From the NCBI GenBank assembly GCA_001784115.1, contig MFPD01000020.1, forward strand, positions 1 to 59,888: DNA of 59,888 bases, read 5' to 3'. The notes under the pieces were generated by a model. The model was given only the letters and a program-made list of their open reading frames with translations. It ran no database searches and was not told where the DNA came from. The translations under genes were made by a program, and so were the position numbers. Source of the DNA: Candidatus Levybacteria bacterium RIFCSPLOWO2_02_FULL_37_18. Its GTDB lineage: Bacteria; Patescibacteriota; Microgenomatia; Levybacterales; UBA12049. Shown piece by piece: positions 58,308-59,888 of the stretch (its first letter is position 1; each line of letters begins with the position of its first letter).

Positions 58308-59078
58308 ATGAGTATTATTTTTAAGGTTTTAATATTTTGGTATTCATTGACCAGTTTTTTTAAACGTAAAATCTTAGTAAAAAATATTGGCAAAGACGAT
58401 TTGGTATTGGATGTTGGATCCGGTGATAAACCCTTTTGGAGAGCGGATGTGATCGTTGATAAATACCTTCAAGATGATCAGCAAAGACACAGTGGGGCTG
58501 TGGTGAATGACAAGAGAAAAATATTTATAGAAGGAGATGTTGAAAGGCTTCCTTTTAAAGATAAAGTTTTCGATTTTGTATTCTGTTCGCATCTTTTAGA
58601 ACATGTTGAAAATCCCGATATGGCAATTGCGGAGTTAGTCAGAGTAGCAAAAAGAGGATACATAGAGGTTCCGTATGCAATCGTTGATCTTTTAATGCCT
58701 TTTCCGCCTCATTTGTGGTTCTGTTTTTACAAGAAGGACACTCTTATTTTTCATCAGAAAGAAAAAGAAAAGAATATTCTGATTCATGATACGGAGCGTT
58801 TCGGAAAAATATTTTATAATAGTTCTTTGGTTCAATATCTGTTTGCAAAGGACTATAAATCAATTTTTATTACTCTTTACTGGAGAAATAACTTAAAGTA
58901 TTCCGTTACAAGAGTAAAGAATCCATACAGGTATATATATAAAGAAGAGTTACATGAAAAAACACTTTTTATAAAGATAAGCTTTGTCTTATACAAAATT
59001 TTCTACTTTTTCATAACAGGATTACTTTATAAAAAGAAGAAAATAGATATAGATAAACTTTTACTGATAAAGGAATAA
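58308..59078 (+). CDS. Class I SAM-dependent methyltransferase
   Basis: VLDVGSG, GDVERLPFKDKVFDFVFCSHLLEHV, ELVRVAK.GYIEVP. Confidence 0.88.
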   Translation: MSIIFKVLIFWYSLTSFFKRKILVKNIGKDDLVLDVGSGDKPFWRADVIVDKYLQDDQQRHSGAVVNDKRKIFIEGDVERLPFKDKVFDFVFCSHLLEHVENPDMAIAELVRVAKRGYIEVPYAIVDLLMPFPPHLWFCFYKKDTLIFHQKEKEKNILIHDTERFGKIFYNSSLVQYLFAKDYKSIFITLYWRNNLKYSVTRVKNPYRYIYKEELHEKTLFIKISFVLYKIFYFFITGLLYKKKKIDIDKLLLIKE

Positions 59079-59092
59079 AGCAACATGCTGTT

Positions 59093-59887
59093 TTAAGGTT
59101 GTTGTGCATGCGGAAGGTGATATACGTTTAGAGATTGTATTTTATTGGGACATGAGTTTTCCGGATCTACAATAACATGGATATACCGTGCATACTCTGC
59201 AGCAAATGGATATGTTATGGTGTTGCCAGCTGGTTGCCTTTCCAGAGTGGGAATTGGTAAGTCTTCCGGAAGAACGTGAGGAGTTTTATACCAGCTATTT
59301 CCTCTGATTGAAATATTGAAATAAATTTGATTTGCTTGCTTGCAATTAATTTGGGAAAAACTCCATTTAATTTTTGATATATAAAGCGGCTTTTTTAAAT
59401 CGATGAGTATTCCACGGTCAGTCTGTTTGTAACTTGCATTATGAGCTATTTCCTCTGTCGTAAACCCTTTTTTTGTGCGAGAGAGATCGTTTTTCCAAAT
59501 ATTAAGAATACTTGCTTCATCAACTTTTATCTGGTATAAGGGTTGCAAATAATGATTATAGTATCTACTACTGTAGTATGATCTATTTGCTGCATTTCCA
59601 TAATCTAGGCCGATTACGTACTCTCCTTTCCTTACATATCCGCTCCGCAAATTGTTGCCGTATTTTAGATCGCTTCTTACAAACAATTTTGGCAAGTTGG
59701 GCATAAGCTCTTGTGCAAGAACCAATGTAGATTCTGGTTCAGCGTTTTGGTTTACCCAAACCGCTGCCTGTCGATACGCATTTCCAAAACTATTTCCCCA
59801 GTAAGGCAAATTCCTCTCTTTTGCTCCCCTTAGACCACCAATAAGAGGATTGAAGTATACGTTTTCATTGGGATGAATTGAGATGAG
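59093..59887 (-). CDS. 3' part of a probable GT-C glycosyltransferase with a C-terminal discoidin (F5/8, CBM32)-like domain; 5' end outside the window
   Basis: The frame stays open to the window edge: LISIHPNENVYFNPLIGGLRGAKERNLPYWGN..YRQAAVWVNQNA (typical post-TM segment of PMT_2-like proteins), then LIDLKK..ISKIKW, SIRGNSW, ARYIHV. Confidence 0.65.
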   Translation of the reverse strand, partial: LISIHPNENVYFNPLIGGLRGAKERNLPYWGNSFGNAYRQAAVWVNQNAEPESTLVLAQELMPNLPKLFVRSDLKYGNNLRSGYVRKGEYVIGLDYGNAANRSYYSSRYYNHYLQPLYQIKVDEASILNIWKNDLSRTKKGFTTEEIAHNASYKQTDRGILIDLKKPLYISKIKWSFSQINCKQANQIYFNISIRGNSWYKTPHVLPEDLPIPTLERQPAGNTITYPFAAEYARYIHVIVDPENSCPNKIQSLNVYHLPHAQQP

Positions 59888-59888
59888 C

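Noticed and set aside
462-59706. Many 60-155 aa ORFs antisense to or nested within the long genes
   Set aside because: They are shadow frames of well-supported CDSs, with no recognisable motifs or independent expression signals.
1-59888. CRISPR array, integron cassette array, transposase or prophage genes
   Set aside because: No regularly spaced repeats or attC-like sites are visible, array genes overlap or abut, and no integrase, transposase or phage motifs appear in the ORFs.

Overview
The window has two parts. Bases 1-6.7 kb are a short housekeeping and accessory block: lon with a sigma70 promoter overlapped by a CIRCE (HrcA) operator, a YhhQ/VUT-family queuosine-precursor transporter, a RibD_C-family reductase, a class II Fic protein, an unassigned 309-aa ORF, tRNA-Glu(CTC) and several REP-like palindromes. 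Bases 6792-59078 are an uninterrupted, tightly packed array of 40 plus-strand surface-glycosylation genes. By my reading these are 23 polytopic GT-C-type (lipid-linked-donor) glycosyltransferases in several paralog families (one of them frameshifted), 10 GT2 enzymes (5 resembling polyprenyl-phosphate-sugar synthases), 3 GT4 enzymes, 2 Wzx-type flippases, a secreted DUF5667-like protein and a SAM methyltransferase. A further GT-C-like gene converges from the right edge. I recognise no nucleotide-sugar biosynthesis, initiating transferase, GtrA or export genes in the array. Gene style and content suggest a Patescibacteria/CPR (Microgenomates-like) genome; this is an inference. The best candidate for an undescribed system is this GT-C mega-locus, an apparent extracytoplasmic glycan assembly line, which shows signs of ongoing diversification: a gene-conversion tract between paralogs, a triple-frameshifted member and heptamer repeats. 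All family assignments come from motif recognition by eye, not from database searches.
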